A program made the translations under genes and the position numbers. Positions 55,093-64,000 of a DNA stretch of 64,000 bases are shown here, in pieces. This stretch comes from Candidatus Woesebacteria bacterium RIFCSPLOWO2_01_FULL_39_61 (GTDB lineage: Bacteria > Patescibacteriota > Microgenomatia > UBA8517): NCBI GenBank assembly GCA_001793155.1, contig MGHI01000005.1, forward strand, positions 23 to 64,022, written 5' to 3'. Each line of letters starts with the position of its first letter. Position 1 is the stretch's first letter. The notes under the pieces are model-generated. The model saw only the letters and a list, made by a program, of their open reading frames with translations, made no database searches and was not told where the DNA came from.

Positions 55093-56841
55093 CTATCTGC
55101 CTTTAAGAATCGACAGCAACTTTTCTTTTTCTAGATTGTATTCTTTTTTGTATACGATGATTCTTGGGTGATCAAAAACGCTCCAGGTTTCTTCAGCATC
55201 TTCGTCCGTGATTTCAAAACTCATACCCACGAAAGAAAGTTGTGGGTATGAGGTAAATTCTATCAATTTGGTGAAACCGAGCGTTCCCTGAAACAAATTT
55301 GTGTAAAAGTTATTGACCAGCGGGTATTGAGCGGCCAACCTCTGGTGATTTTTATAAATTCTTCTTCCCTGAATGATAAAATAATCCGCCTCACCAAGGT
55401 TTTTCGAAAGTTCATTGAGCATTTTCGGATTCTGATCAAGGTCATAAAAATCAAAAGTTACTTTTTTATAATTTCCGGCTAAAGGAACTTCCAGCATATT
55501 TCTGGCTTCTGTTAAAAAGAGGGAATCGGGCTTTATATTTTCTTGGACCCAGTTTGTAGCGCTAACCCTGATGTCCTTTTTTGTATAAATAGAAAAAAAC
55601 ATAGTCGACCAAAAAACTGTAACGAAAATTGTGGTTATGGTTACTATATTTGCTAATTTCTTTTTACCCGTTGCTTCAAGTTTGTCTATAAATAGACCGG
55701 TAAATATTGCCCAAAAGGGAAAAGTCGGGGCAATAAAGCGAGCCCACTTGGCAAAAAGCAGCGAGTTTGAAAGAAAAAAAAGAACGAATCCGAGAAAGAT
55801 CACAGCGTGCGGGAGGGATTTTTTTATGACATCCCCAGCGGACTTATTATGTACGCGGTTTCCTCTAAAGTAAGATGACATATGAGCGTTCAATTCATCC
55901 TCGGGCTGAAAGCTCGGGATTTTCTTGAATGCTCCTATAATATTTTGGGCCAGAACCAAAAAGCCCAATAATCCGAAGACCAAAAGGGCGGGTCCTAATG
56001 AGTAAGGAAGAATTTTTTGGAATTGAAAAATGATAGGCACGGTATTTATAAACTGTCTTGTATAAAAAACAACCTGCGATCCGTTCGCAACCGAACCCTC
56101 ATAATTGAGTGAAGACCTAAAATGTTCCCAGTCTAAAAAACTATAAGGAAAAAAGATAAAAAAAGTAATGCAGATAAGCGCGACTATCATAAAAAGACTT
56201 TTTACTTTTCGGACGAAATATTTAGAAAAAATCTTTCCGTAATCAAACATCAAAAGGCCATAGATCGGTAAAAAAGTGATGGCGACTATTTTTACCGCAG
56301 ACGCAACTCCCAGCGTTATCGCCGAAAGATATAAAAGTTTTCTATTTTTGTGCTCTAACCAGGAGACAACCAAATATATTGTCAAAAAAAGCCAAAACAT
56401 TAAACTTGATTCGGGAGTAGCAAAATGAGCTTGTTGGATTAAGCCCGGAGTGATTGCAGTCAGGAATGTTACCAACATGGAAATGTTTGTTTTTTTGGTT
56501 AGTCTTTTAGTTAAATAAAAGACTACGAACAGGCTTAAAGTCGAAAATAGCGCGGAATAGATTCTTCCGATAAAAAAGACAGAAGGATAGTTAACAGAGA
56601 AACCCAGCTTTAAAAGAACTAATTTAGTGAAGTAAATAAGGTATATTGTGAAGCTTCCGTAAGAGAAGAAGTTGGGATTCATTTGCGTGGGGAATGAAAG
56701 TCGGTTGACCGAATTCACAATATGATATTCGTCGGGATGAAAGAAATATCCGTCGCCCCAATCAATTTTATAAAATCTTAAAAAAGCCCCGAAGATGAGG
56801 ATAGTGAAAATCAAAAAGTTGAAATCACGGTTCAGCTTCAT
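55093..56841 (-). CDS. GT-C glycosyltransferase (ArnT/PMT-like)
   Basis: WGDGYFFHPDEYH DE-motif in the first loop. About 12 TM helices. Confidence 0.5.
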   Translation of the reverse strand: MKLNRDFNFLIFTILIFGAFLRFYKIDWGDGYFFHPDEYHIVNSVNRLSFPTQMNPNFFSYGSFTIYLIYFTKLVLLKLGFSVNYPSVFFIGRIYSALFSTLSLFVVFYLTKRLTKKTNISMLVTFLTAITPGLIQQAHFATPESSLMFWLFLTIYLVVSWLEHKNRKLLYLSAITLGVASAVKIVAITFLPIYGLLMFDYGKIFSKYFVRKVKSLFMIVALICITFFIFFPYSFLDWEHFRSSLNYEGSVANGSQVVFYTRQFINTVPIIFQFQKILPYSLGPALLVFGLLGFLVLAQNIIGAFKKIPSFQPEDELNAHMSSYFRGNRVHNKSAGDVIKKSLPHAVIFLGFVLFFLSNSLLFAKWARFIAPTFPFWAIFTGLFIDKLEATGKKKLANIVTITTIFVTVFWSTMFFSIYTKKDIRVSATNWVQENIKPDSLFLTEARNMLEVPLAGNYKKVTFDFYDLDQNPKMLNELSKNLGEADYFIIQGRRIYKNHQRLAAQYPLVNNFYTNLFQGTLGFTKLIEFTSYPQLSFVGMSFEITDEDAEETWSVFDHPRIIVYKKEYNLEKEKLLSILKGR

Positions 56842-56916
56842 ATTAGTCGGATTAAGTATAGCTTTATACCCCCGAACTTAACAGTGGAGTTAAAGACAGA
56901 AGTGAAGAAATCCAGC

Positions 56917-57486
56917 TTAAAATGCCAGTAAGAATGCAGCTAAGATGAGAAGTATTCCCGCCAAACCGATAATAAGTGTTGGGGTTGCGATTCCTGCGTC
57001 CGGCAACGCTGCACCACCCGGAGTCGGAGAGGCAGCAGCAATATAGGCTGTAGTAGGAGTGGGTGTGGCTTGAGCTATGGTCGTTGGTGTCGGACTTATA
57101 CCCCCTACAGGTGGTTGAGTCGGAGTAGGAGTATTAGTAGGCGTAGAGGTCGGCACAGGTGTAGTAGTTACGCTTGGAACTGGTGTGAGAGTTTGTGACG
57201 GAACAGGTGTTAGTGTATTGGTTGGAGATAGTGAAGGGGTGGGTTCAGTAATTGAGAAAGTCAGAAGTTCGCAAGAATTTATTTCTGGCTGGGTTGCCTC
57301 AGGTTCACTTTCAGGCTGGGTTAAGGATATAGACTCTTGCCTTAACTGATAAAGCCTAAGTGCAGTAAATATTGCAACCCCCGCAAGTATGACTGTTGCG
57401 GCAACTACCAATATTGTTACAAATTTTCCTTTAAATAAGTCTTTCATATTTAATTTTGCTTTCTTTTTTTGTCTGATTACATCCAC
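56917..57486 (-). CDS. Thr/Pro-rich surface protein with N- and C-terminal TM segments
   Basis: PTPT repeats. C-terminus is ALPDAG followed by a hydrophobic helix, with no basic tail. Confidence 0.4.
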   Translation of the reverse strand: MDVIRQKKKAKLNMKDLFKGKFVTILVVAATVILAGVAIFTALRLYQLRQESISLTQPESEPEATQPEINSCELLTFSITEPTPSLSPTNTLTPVPSQTLTPVPSVTTTPVPTSTPTNTPTPTQPPVGGISPTPTTIAQATPTPTTAYIAAASPTPGGAALPDAGIATPTLIIGLAGILLILAAFLLAF

Positions 57487-58454
57487 CCCAGCTCTGAATG
57501 ATGAACCTCACCCTTAACTGTAAAATTGGTTACTCCTTGCGGAACCGTATATTCGTCATAAAACTCATCAGAACCGGGCTTTTTAGTTGTAACTTCACCT
57601 CTTAACGTTCCGTTAATCGTAAATCTGGCTTTATCGAATGTACCTGCCGACGCGGTTCCACTGACTGCAAAACGAACTTTATTACCCGCCTTTAATTTGG
57701 TAAGGTCCTCTGAAGAAAGAAGGTTCCACTCTAGATCATAAGCTTTCACATTCTCACACTTTGCAGTGATTTGAGGTGGGGTAGTTGGTTGTGGTGAAGG
57801 GGTTCCTCCGGGTGGTTTGGTGGGTTGTGAAGTTGGAGAAATAGGGATAGTTGGAGTGGGTTCTCCTGAAACCAACTTAACCTGAATATTGCTTATATCT
57901 TTGCAATCCGGTCCTGACCCAACTTTTTCCCAAGAAAGTGACACACCATTGATATCAACTTTGTAACACCCATCGTTTGTGCTGCCCGGAGGGTAAGCTT
58001 TAGCATCCTTTGCCGTAATCAGAACTTCCGTAATGGTTCTTGGGGAAGTAAATGATCCTGAATTTCCGGGACTCTCTAGTAAAATACAGTTTGGACTTTG
58101 CTGACATTCCCTGCCGCTGGAGGCTCTTTCGGCAATTTGTTGCTGGCGCTGGACCAAGTAAACTCCTGAGGCGACTCCACCGATCAAAAAAAGAATCCCG
58201 AAAATGGTTGCTATGACCTTACCCCCGCCATATTTTTTAGGAACGTGGGGAGCCTGGACGTTTGAAGTATTACTACTCTCGTCACTGGTTTTTTCTTTTG
58301 GAGAGGAGATAGGAATTGCGGGCGGATTGAGAATAGAGTCGGAATTTACCGCTACGCTTGTGGGAGCATCCGTTACCGAAGAGCTATCAGATGAAGAAAC
58401 GCCTGTGTTTGTTTGAGGTGTTTGAGTATTTGTTGGATTATTGTCGTCGGGCAT
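57477..58454 (-). CDS. Secreted Ser/Thr/Pro-rich protein with Cys-containing domain
   Basis: Low-complexity N-terminus, TM, extracellular domains. Confidence 0.35.
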   Translation of the reverse strand: MPDDNNPTNTQTPQTNTGVSSSDSSSVTDAPTSVAVNSDSILNPPAIPISSPKEKTSDESSNTSNVQAPHVPKKYGGGKVIATIFGILFLIGGVASGVYLVQRQQQIAERASSGRECQQSPNCILLESPGNSGSFTSPRTITEVLITAKDAKAYPPGSTNDGCYKVDINGVSLSWEKVGSGPDCKDISNIQVKLVSGEPTPTIPISPTSQPTKPPGGTPSPQPTTPPQITAKCENVKAYDLEWNLLSSEDLTKLKAGNKVRFAVSGTASAGTFDKARFTINGTLRGEVTTKKPGSDEFYDEYTVPQGVTNFTVKGEVHHSELGWM

Positions 58455-58557
58455 GGTTAAAGTCTGAATTTAACTAGATGAACATACACTTAATTTGGAA
58501 TATAAATCATAATAATTAAAGTATGAATCTCAAGTCAATTCATTATACTTCCTTATT

Positions 58558-59331
58558 TTAAGGAAAATCTATACGGGCCTCGGGTACGTAGTTTATCTCT
58601 TCTGACGGAGTATTTTTAAAGTTATGAGTTTTACCAATAACTATGGGCGGGGCAGGTTTTGCTGAAACAGAATACATGTAAGCAGAAGCAATGCCATTGG
58701 GTCCTCCTTGCACAAGGATTTCGATAGGAGTTTTTTCTTCATCAAAACTAATATAATTCGCTAGGGACAGTGTTCTAGCCTGACCAATATTAATAGTCCA
58801 CCCGCCTTCTTTTGTAGTAAGAGTTGACAACGGACTTGAACCACCGATAACAGTGTAAACAAGGGCTCCTTCGACAGGTTCCCCGAGTGATGTAATGATT
58901 TTACCCGAGATAATATACGCCTGAGATTGAGTTGAAATTAATTCTCCTGTTTGAACTTTCCAGTTTATTCCGTTATTGTCGAATTCTTTCCCTCCGGAAT
59001 TTATTTTGAAAAAATAGGCAGTTCTGGGAGACAAGCCCTCTACATTAACAAAGTGAGTGTGGCTGGATTTTTCAGATGGACTTAAAGACACCCGGTTGAG
59101 AAAAGGTTCGGTTTTTCCCCAACGTATAAAACCGGATGTTTTTCTATCAGTTGTCCACGAGATTGTAAATGATGAGTCTTTAATATTTGTAACCCTAACA
59201 TTTTTTGGACTGGTTTCATTTAAAGCATAAATATTAAAAATTTGTTTATTCCTGATAAAAATGACTCCGTCGGTAATTCCTACTAGAAGTATGGCGACTG
59301 CCAAGATAGTTGGAATGCTACTGTCCTTCAT
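58558..59331 (-). CDS. Secreted fibronectin type III domain protein
   Basis: PKNVRVTNIKDSSFTISWTT…LSPRTAYFFKI FN3 signature after a signal/TM segment. Confidence 0.5.
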   Translation of the reverse strand: MKDSSIPTILAVAILLVGITDGVIFIRNKQIFNIYALNETSPKNVRVTNIKDSSFTISWTTDRKTSGFIRWGKTEPFLNRVSLSPSEKSSHTHFVNVEGLSPRTAYFFKINSGGKEFDNNGINWKVQTGELISTQSQAYIISGKIITSLGEPVEGALVYTVIGGSSPLSTLTTKEGGWTINIGQARTLSLANYISFDEEKTPIEILVQGGPNGIASAYMYSVSAKPAPPIVIGKTHNFKNTPSEEINYVPEARIDFP

Positions 59332-59336
59332 GATCT

Positions 59337-59678
59337 TTAACCTCCTTCCAGAGGTGTTGTCTCTCCGGTTGGAGCCGGGGTGGGGGTTAACACTTGCTCA
59401 GTTTCCGGTAGGATATCTGTGGGAGTGGGAGTAACTAAAATAATTGAAGGTATCGTGGTGAAATCAACATCCTCTTCTTCAAAAAAGACCCTACTACCTA
59501 ATTGACCTAGAGCATTTCTGTCGAGGTTGGGATCAAGAGGTTCTAGAAGCTTAGAATCAACGTGTATAACCGGTTTGGAGGTTAAGATATTATATAGGCT
59601 GAAAAAAACCCAGAAAATTAATGTTACTGTCGTAAATATGGCTACAGTTACCAGTCGTGGAGCTTTTTGTTTTTTCAT
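59337..59678 (-). CDS. Small TM protein (possible PilP-like pilus component)
   Basis: Position between a PilO-like gene and the secreted proteins. One TM helix. Weak. Confidence 0.25.
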   Translation of the reverse strand: MKKQKAPRLVTVAIFTTVTLIFWVFFSLYNILTSKPVIHVDSKLLEPLDPNLDRNALGQLGSRVFFEEEDVDFTTIPSIILVTPTPTDILPETEQVLTPTPAPTGETTPLEGG

Positions 59679-60373
59679 TCTACAATCTCCTTTACCTCCT
59701 TTTGGCTATTTTGGTAATAAGGTAATCGACCCTCAATCGCCAGTGATAAAAGTACATTTTCTCCTTCTCTCGACGTGTTCATTACCAGCTTATCGATTTT
59801 AGCCGGCCTTCGAAGTTTTTCAAGGTCGGATATGAGATTAGTTAAAGATTGATACTCTTCGATGTTAACTGTAAAAGTAATTGAGAACGGTAGTTCGTTT
59901 GTTCCTTCCGGGAAAGGTTCCATATTTTTGGCGTCAGTTTTAGGCGCCGTCGCTCGCAGTCCCAAGATGGTTGCCTTATCAAGAGATATTTTTGAGATTG
60001 GTACTGAATATCGGATAGACAAACCCTCTATTTGTCGGGCAAAAACGTCAGGAATCGGATTCGGGGGGATTGAGCTATTCAATAGTATTACATTTTGCTG
60101 TTCCTGATCAAAAAGAACTTGAGCACGTCCTAAATTAGAGATTTTTTCATCCATTTTGGCAAGAGTCTCTTTTTTTGTTTCGATTTCTTTGAGAAGACCC
60201 GCAATCGTCAGGATAGTCGGTCTTAGCGCAAAGATTGCAAAGACGGAAATCGTGGCGAGGGACAAAAGTATCTCAAGATAAACTTTGACATCCGCCCTTT
60301 CTTTGTACCTTCCCATCACATTCAAAAAATAGGATTTATAGCGCAGATATTCTCGTCTCCAGGATTGATTCAT
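59675..60373 (-). CDS. pilO: PilO-like type IV pilus assembly protein
   Basis: Cytoplasmic N-terminus, single TM, coiled-coil, periplasmic domain. Immediately follows PilN. Confidence 0.45.
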   Translation of the reverse strand: MNQSWRREYLRYKSYFLNVMGRYKERADVKVYLEILLSLATISVFAIFALRPTILTIAGLLKEIETKKETLAKMDEKISNLGRAQVLFDQEQQNVILLNSSIPPNPIPDVFARQIEGLSIRYSVPISKISLDKATILGLRATAPKTDAKNMEPFPEGTNELPFSITFTVNIEEYQSLTNLISDLEKLRRPAKIDKLVMNTSREGENVLLSLAIEGRLPYYQNSQKEVKEIVE

Positions 60374-60376
60374 AAT

Positions 60377-60940
60377 TTAAGTTTTTTTTCCTGAACTGGT
60401 CTTGGCTTGAATAGTAAATTTCAAAAGTGATGGGTTATTTTGGTCCGACCTTAATTCTATAAGAATCACATTTTCAAATATGTCCGTAGAACCTAAGTTT
60501 ACAATGAGTTGTTGAATACTTCTTTCGTTGGGAGATAGACCTTCAAAGTTCAAGCTGTCTTTTGAGAATGAAACCAAGCTTAGAAAAACGTCATCTGGTA
60601 AATAAGATTTTAAAGTGTTTAGCGACTTTGAGACAACGTCTTGGTTAGCTGTTAAATCAGTAAAAACTTTTAGTCTTTTTTGGGTATCTTTAAATTCGGC
60701 GTCGAAGGCTTTAGAGGCCGAAAGAACCGCTTGTTTTTGCTGTAACTCCTCGGTTAGATCTGTGTTTTGTGCATCCAGCCAGAAACGAGATAGGAAAGCT
60801 ATCATTACTATTATCTCAGTGACGATAACGATTATTCTGAAAGAAGACAGAATCCAAGTAAGTATTCGACCGGTTGTCGTTTGTTCGAAGCCTTTTTCCG
60901 GGAGTAGATTGATTTGTTCTTCTTTTTTGTGGGCAGCCAT
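60377..60940 (-). CDS. pilN: PilN-like type IV pilus assembly protein
   Basis: N-terminal INLLP motif (PilM-binding) followed by TM and coiled-coil. Confidence 0.55.
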   Translation of the reverse strand: MAAHKKEEQINLLPEKGFEQTTTGRILTWILSSFRIIVIVTEIIVMIAFLSRFWLDAQNTDLTEELQQKQAVLSASKAFDAEFKDTQKRLKVFTDLTANQDVVSKSLNTLKSYLPDDVFLSLVSFSKDSLNFEGLSPNERSIQQLIVNLGSTDIFENVILIELRSDQNNPSLLKFTIQAKTSSGKKT

Positions 60941-61110
60941 TTAAATAATGACTATATTTAGTCAGTATATCTACAAACATCACAGTTTAAAATCAGACTA
61001 AAAAAGTGATGTACGCTACAGAAATCGCATACATTAGTTCTATACGCACTTGCGATTTCTATATCTCCAATATATCACAGGAGAGATACTTCAGAGAAGT
61101 TTATATATTT

Positions 61111-61416
61111 CTACTTTTTCTTTTTAGAGGCTTTAGATCTTTTACTTTTGGTAGGTTTAGTTTTGCTATAATTCGATTTTGATTTGGGTAAAAGTTTGGA
61201 AAGGGAACTTTTAATTCGGGCGGCCTTGTTTTTGTGAATAATCTTACTTTTTACCGCGCGATCGGTTAGAGATATCGCCCTTAGGATATTATTTTTAGAC
61301 CTTCCCTTTTTGGCAATTCTTATTGCAGCATCGAGTTTTGTCGAAATTAAAGTATTTATATTTTGTTTTCTGCGTGAAGAGCGCAAGGCTCTTTTTGCTG
61401 TTTTAGTTATAGGCAT
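61111..61416 (-). CDS. rpsT: 30S ribosomal protein S20
   Basis: …IHKNKAAR… S20 signature. Basic C-terminal extension. Confidence 0.85.
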   Translation of the reverse strand: MPITKTAKRALRSSRRKQNINTLISTKLDAAIRIAKKGRSKNNILRAISLTDRAVKSKIIHKNKAARIKSSLSKLLPKSKSNYSKTKPTKSKRSKASKKKK

Positions 61417-61610
61417 ATTCGTTTCATACTTTCTTTAATAAAGAAAGTATGACAAAGAAATTTAAAGACTAGATTGTGCTGTTCAATCAGCAGTAGTTCC
61501 CGAGTATAATCTAACAAACTTTAAATTTCAATGACCTTGAAATACCCGGTAACTCACTTGTCAAACTTTGAAATATGCAAAAAAATATTTTGGGTATAAG
61601 CTAAATTAAG

Positions 61611-63341
61611 ATGATGAAAAAAATTATTGATAGGGGCAAGAAGCTTCTCTTTGCTCCGCAAGAATCGGTTCTTTCTGCGGCAACAATCATTATGGTCATG
61701 GTTGTAGCTTCTCGGGTACTTGGTTTAGTACGTCAAAGGACGCTGGCTCATTTTTTTGCTCCCGACGAGCTCTCACTTTTTTTTGCTGCGTTCCGGCTTC
61801 CGGATTTAGTTTTTGAAGTCTTGGTCTTTGGAACCTTCGCTTCGGCCTTTATCCCGGTTTTTACAAAATCGCTTAAGGAAGGAGAAAAGAATGCTTGGAG
61901 AACGGCGAGTGTTGTTGTTAATATCGGACTTTCAATTTTCCTGTTATTCTCCCTACTTTTAGGTTTGTCGGCACACTCTGTTTACGGATTATTTGCCCCG
62001 GGATTTGTAGGTCCCGAACGGGAAAAGATTGTCGAATTGGCAAGAGTACTTTTTGCGGCACAAGGGTTTTTTGTTGTGAGCTATGTTTTAACAGGAGTAT
62101 TGGAGTCTTTACGCAGGTTCTTAATACCTGCCCTGGCACCACTTTTTTATAATCTCGGAATAATAATAAGTACGATTGTTTTTGCTCCGTCATTGGGATT
62201 AATGGCGCCGGCAATCGGAGTAATTTTGGGGGCGTTAATTCATTTTTTGATTCAATTGCCTTTGGCTATGAAGATGGGATTCCGTTTTACTGCTAGTTTG
62301 AAACTGACACCTGAAGTCAGGAAAATTGCAAAACTTGCTGCACCAAGAATTCTGGAAACCTTTTTCTTACAAATTTCGAAAACCGCAGAACTTTTCTTTT
62401 CCTCCCTCGTATCGAAGGCGGCTTATACCTACTACACTTTTGGAAGCAGTCTTCAGCTGGTTCCGGTTGGACTTTTTGGTACCTCGATAGCCAAGGCAGC
62501 TTTGCCTACTTTGTCGCGTGAATCAGACAACCCGGAAATTTTTAGAAAAACACTTTTTTCCGCCCTTTACGACATGTGTTTTTTTGTTGTTCCTGTTGCG
62601 ACGGTGTTTGTTGTTCTGAGAATTCCTATAGTCAGACTTATTTATGGTACTGATATTTTCAGTTGGGAGGCAACATTACAAACAGGATATGTGGTGAGTG
62701 CATTTGCGGTGGGAATTATTTTCCAGTCAGCTGCTTCACTACTTGCACGAAGTTTCTATGCCCTTCACGATACCAAGACTCCGGTTATGGTGTCCATTTC
62801 CTCAATTATTTTTATTATAACAGTCGACTTTATATTTATAAGGGTATTAAACTTTGGCATTTGGGGTTTAGCTGCTTCGTTTTCCATGGGTGTTGCCATC
62901 CAGGCGTCTACTTTATTTTATTTGATCAACAGACGAACCGGTGGTAACCATTTTTTTAAAACACTTACTCCGGTTTTTAAAGCAGCAGCTGCGGCTTTTG
63001 GTTCCGGCATAGTAATGTTTTTTATATTGAAGATTTTTGACAGATCGGTATGGATAAAAAGACTTTCCTTTTTAAGTTCACTGGAGAGTACTGCTTATAT
63101 TCCCTTTGAAAAGTTTGTTCTCGATACCCGCTATACTGTCAATCTTTTAATTCTTACTGCAATTGTTGCACTTATCGGGGGAGTTACCTATATTTTGATT
63201 TCAATAGTAATTGGCTCGGATCAGGTATGGAACTTTTTTAACTTATTAAGACGCATTTTATTGAGACATAAAGTCACCCCGATTCCGAGTAAAGAACAGG
63301 AAACGGTTGCTCCGCCGCCCTCTGATACGCAGACGCAATAA
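61611..63341 (+). CDS. murJ: Lipid II flippase MurJ (MviN)
   Basis: …VASRVLGLVRQRTLAHFFA…DLVFEVLVFGTFASAFIPVF… N-terminal MurJ signature. 14 TM helices. Confidence 0.85.
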   Translation: MMKKIIDRGKKLLFAPQESVLSAATIIMVMVVASRVLGLVRQRTLAHFFAPDELSLFFAAFRLPDLVFEVLVFGTFASAFIPVFTKSLKEGEKNAWRTASVVVNIGLSIFLLFSLLLGLSAHSVYGLFAPGFVGPEREKIVELARVLFAAQGFFVVSYVLTGVLESLRRFLIPALAPLFYNLGIIISTIVFAPSLGLMAPAIGVILGALIHFLIQLPLAMKMGFRFTASLKLTPEVRKIAKLAAPRILETFFLQISKTAELFFSSLVSKAAYTYYTFGSSLQLVPVGLFGTSIAKAALPTLSRESDNPEIFRKTLFSALYDMCFFVVPVATVFVVLRIPIVRLIYGTDIFSWEATLQTGYVVSAFAVGIIFQSAASLLARSFYALHDTKTPVMVSISSIIFIITVDFIFIRVLNFGIWGLAASFSMGVAIQASTLFYLINRRTGGNHFFKTLTPVFKAAAAAFGSGIVMFFILKIFDRSVWIKRLSFLSSLESTAYIPFEKFVLDTRYTVNLLILTAIVALIGGVTYILISIVIGSDQVWNFFNLLRRILLRHKVTPIPSKEQETVAPPPSDTQTQ

Positions 63342-63360
63342 GATAGTGTCTTGACACCAA

Positions 63361-63387
63361 TTAGCACTCGTGATAGGATTCTGCTAA
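63361..63387. promoter_or_regulatory. CIRCE-like operator (TTAGCACTC-N9-TTCTGCTAA) overlapping a TTGACA -35 upstream of hrcA
   Basis: The left half-site is perfect. The right half-site has 2 mismatches. TTGACA at 63351-63356, TAGGAT 17 nt downstream. Confidence 0.6.
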
Positions 63388-63477
63388 TATAAGAGTAAAA
63401 GAGCAGGAGAGCTGGAGAGTATAAGTAAGAAATTTTAGTCTCCCACTCTTACACTCTTCTACTCTTCCACTCTAAAA

Positions 63478-64000
63478 TGACTGATGCACTTACCGCCAGA
63501 CAAACACAAATTCTAAAGAGCATAATTGACGAGTATATCGAAACGGCTCAAGCCGTCGGTTCGGAAGCGTTGGATAAAAAATATAACCTCGGCGTTTCCC
63601 CGGCAACAATTCGAAATGAAATGGTGCTTCTCACCAAAATGGGATATCTAAGGCAGCTTCACACTTCCGCGGGCCGCGTTCCGTCTCCCAAGGCCATGAA
63701 ATTTTATATCAACCAATTAATGGAGGAAAGACAAATGAGCCTGGCGGATGAGGTGAAAGCGAAAGAAGAAGTCTGGGACGTACGCAAAGACCTGGACCGA
63801 CTTTTGGATGAAGCGACTCATGCTCTTGCCGAGAGGACACAAAATCTAGCCGTCGGCGTTTTAGAAGATGAAGATAAAGTGTGGCATGCAGGGTATGCAA
63901 ATGTTTTTTCCAACCCGGAATTTACTGACCTTAGTGTTTGTTCCAGTCTTTTTTCTCTTCTTGAAGAAGAAGGAAGGATAATGGATCTTTTCTTCGGAAG
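63478..64000 (+). CDS. hrcA: Heat-inducible transcription repressor HrcA (5' partial, runs off window)
   Basis: LTARQTQILKSIIDEYIETAQAVGSE…SPATIRNEM…LHTSAGRVPS is the canonical HrcA N-terminus. Confidence 0.85.

Noticed and set aside
56917-57486. LPXTG sortase substrate
   Set aside because: ALPDAG plus hydrophobic helix is present but there is no positively charged tail. It is a possible non-canonical sorting signal only.

Overview
This is a low-GC, gene-dense bacterial window. By inference it comes from a Patescibacteria/CPR-like genome: coding regions are small, SD sites are GGAG-type, and there are many GT-C glycosyltransferases and Nudix paralogues, a reduced type IV pilus-like set and a free-standing LAGLIDADG endonuclease.

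Layout, in order:
- 1-1.9 kb: tRNA-Cys, a CIRCE-controlled hsp20 and a PEGA/SH3b protein.
- 1.9-6.1 kb: minus-strand glycolipid operon (UbiA/DPPR-synthase-like prenyltransferase, WecA/MraY-like phosphotransferase, GT-C).
- 6.2-6.7 kb: Phd-RelE toxin-antitoxin pair.
- 6.8-8.5 kb: decayed ABC exporter pseudogene.
- 8.5-14.2 kb: further GT-C gene, UDP-xylose synthase, SGNH hydrolase.
- 14.2-23.1 kb: an approximately 9 kb cassette-like array of unrelated small accessory genes (His-phosphatase, MOSC, CopC-cupredoxin, GNAT, BrnTA, MDR oxidoreductase, SRPBCC, Nudix, M48-like peptidase, HigBA, HD). Their junctions carry two families of conserved repeats. No recombinase is visible. This is the most unusual structure in the window.
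- 23-29 kb: RidA, several Nudix hydrolases, ICMT, SDR, NudC-like, a GT2 cellulose-synthase-like gene.
- 29-34 kb: metG, LAGLIDADG endonuclease, YerC/TrpR-like, rmuC.
- 35-40 kb: same-strand block of UvrD-like helicase fused to a Cas4/RecB-like 4-Cys nuclease, ComB-like, an antitoxin/RelE pair and Nudix.
- 40-43.3 kb: truncated alpha-2-macroglobulin-like gene with Nudix remnants on both sides.
- 43.9-44.5 kb: ORF-free GC-rich region with a near-consensus promoter and a 12-codon leader ORF; likely an unassigned ncRNA.
- 44.5-56.8 kb: two FemAB-like genes, pcrA/uvrD, an LCP protein, DUF2298 and two more GT-C genes.
- 56.9-60.9 kb: Thr/Pro-rich secreted proteins with PilO and PilN.
- 61-64 kb: rpsT, murJ, and a CIRCE site upstream of a partial hrcA.
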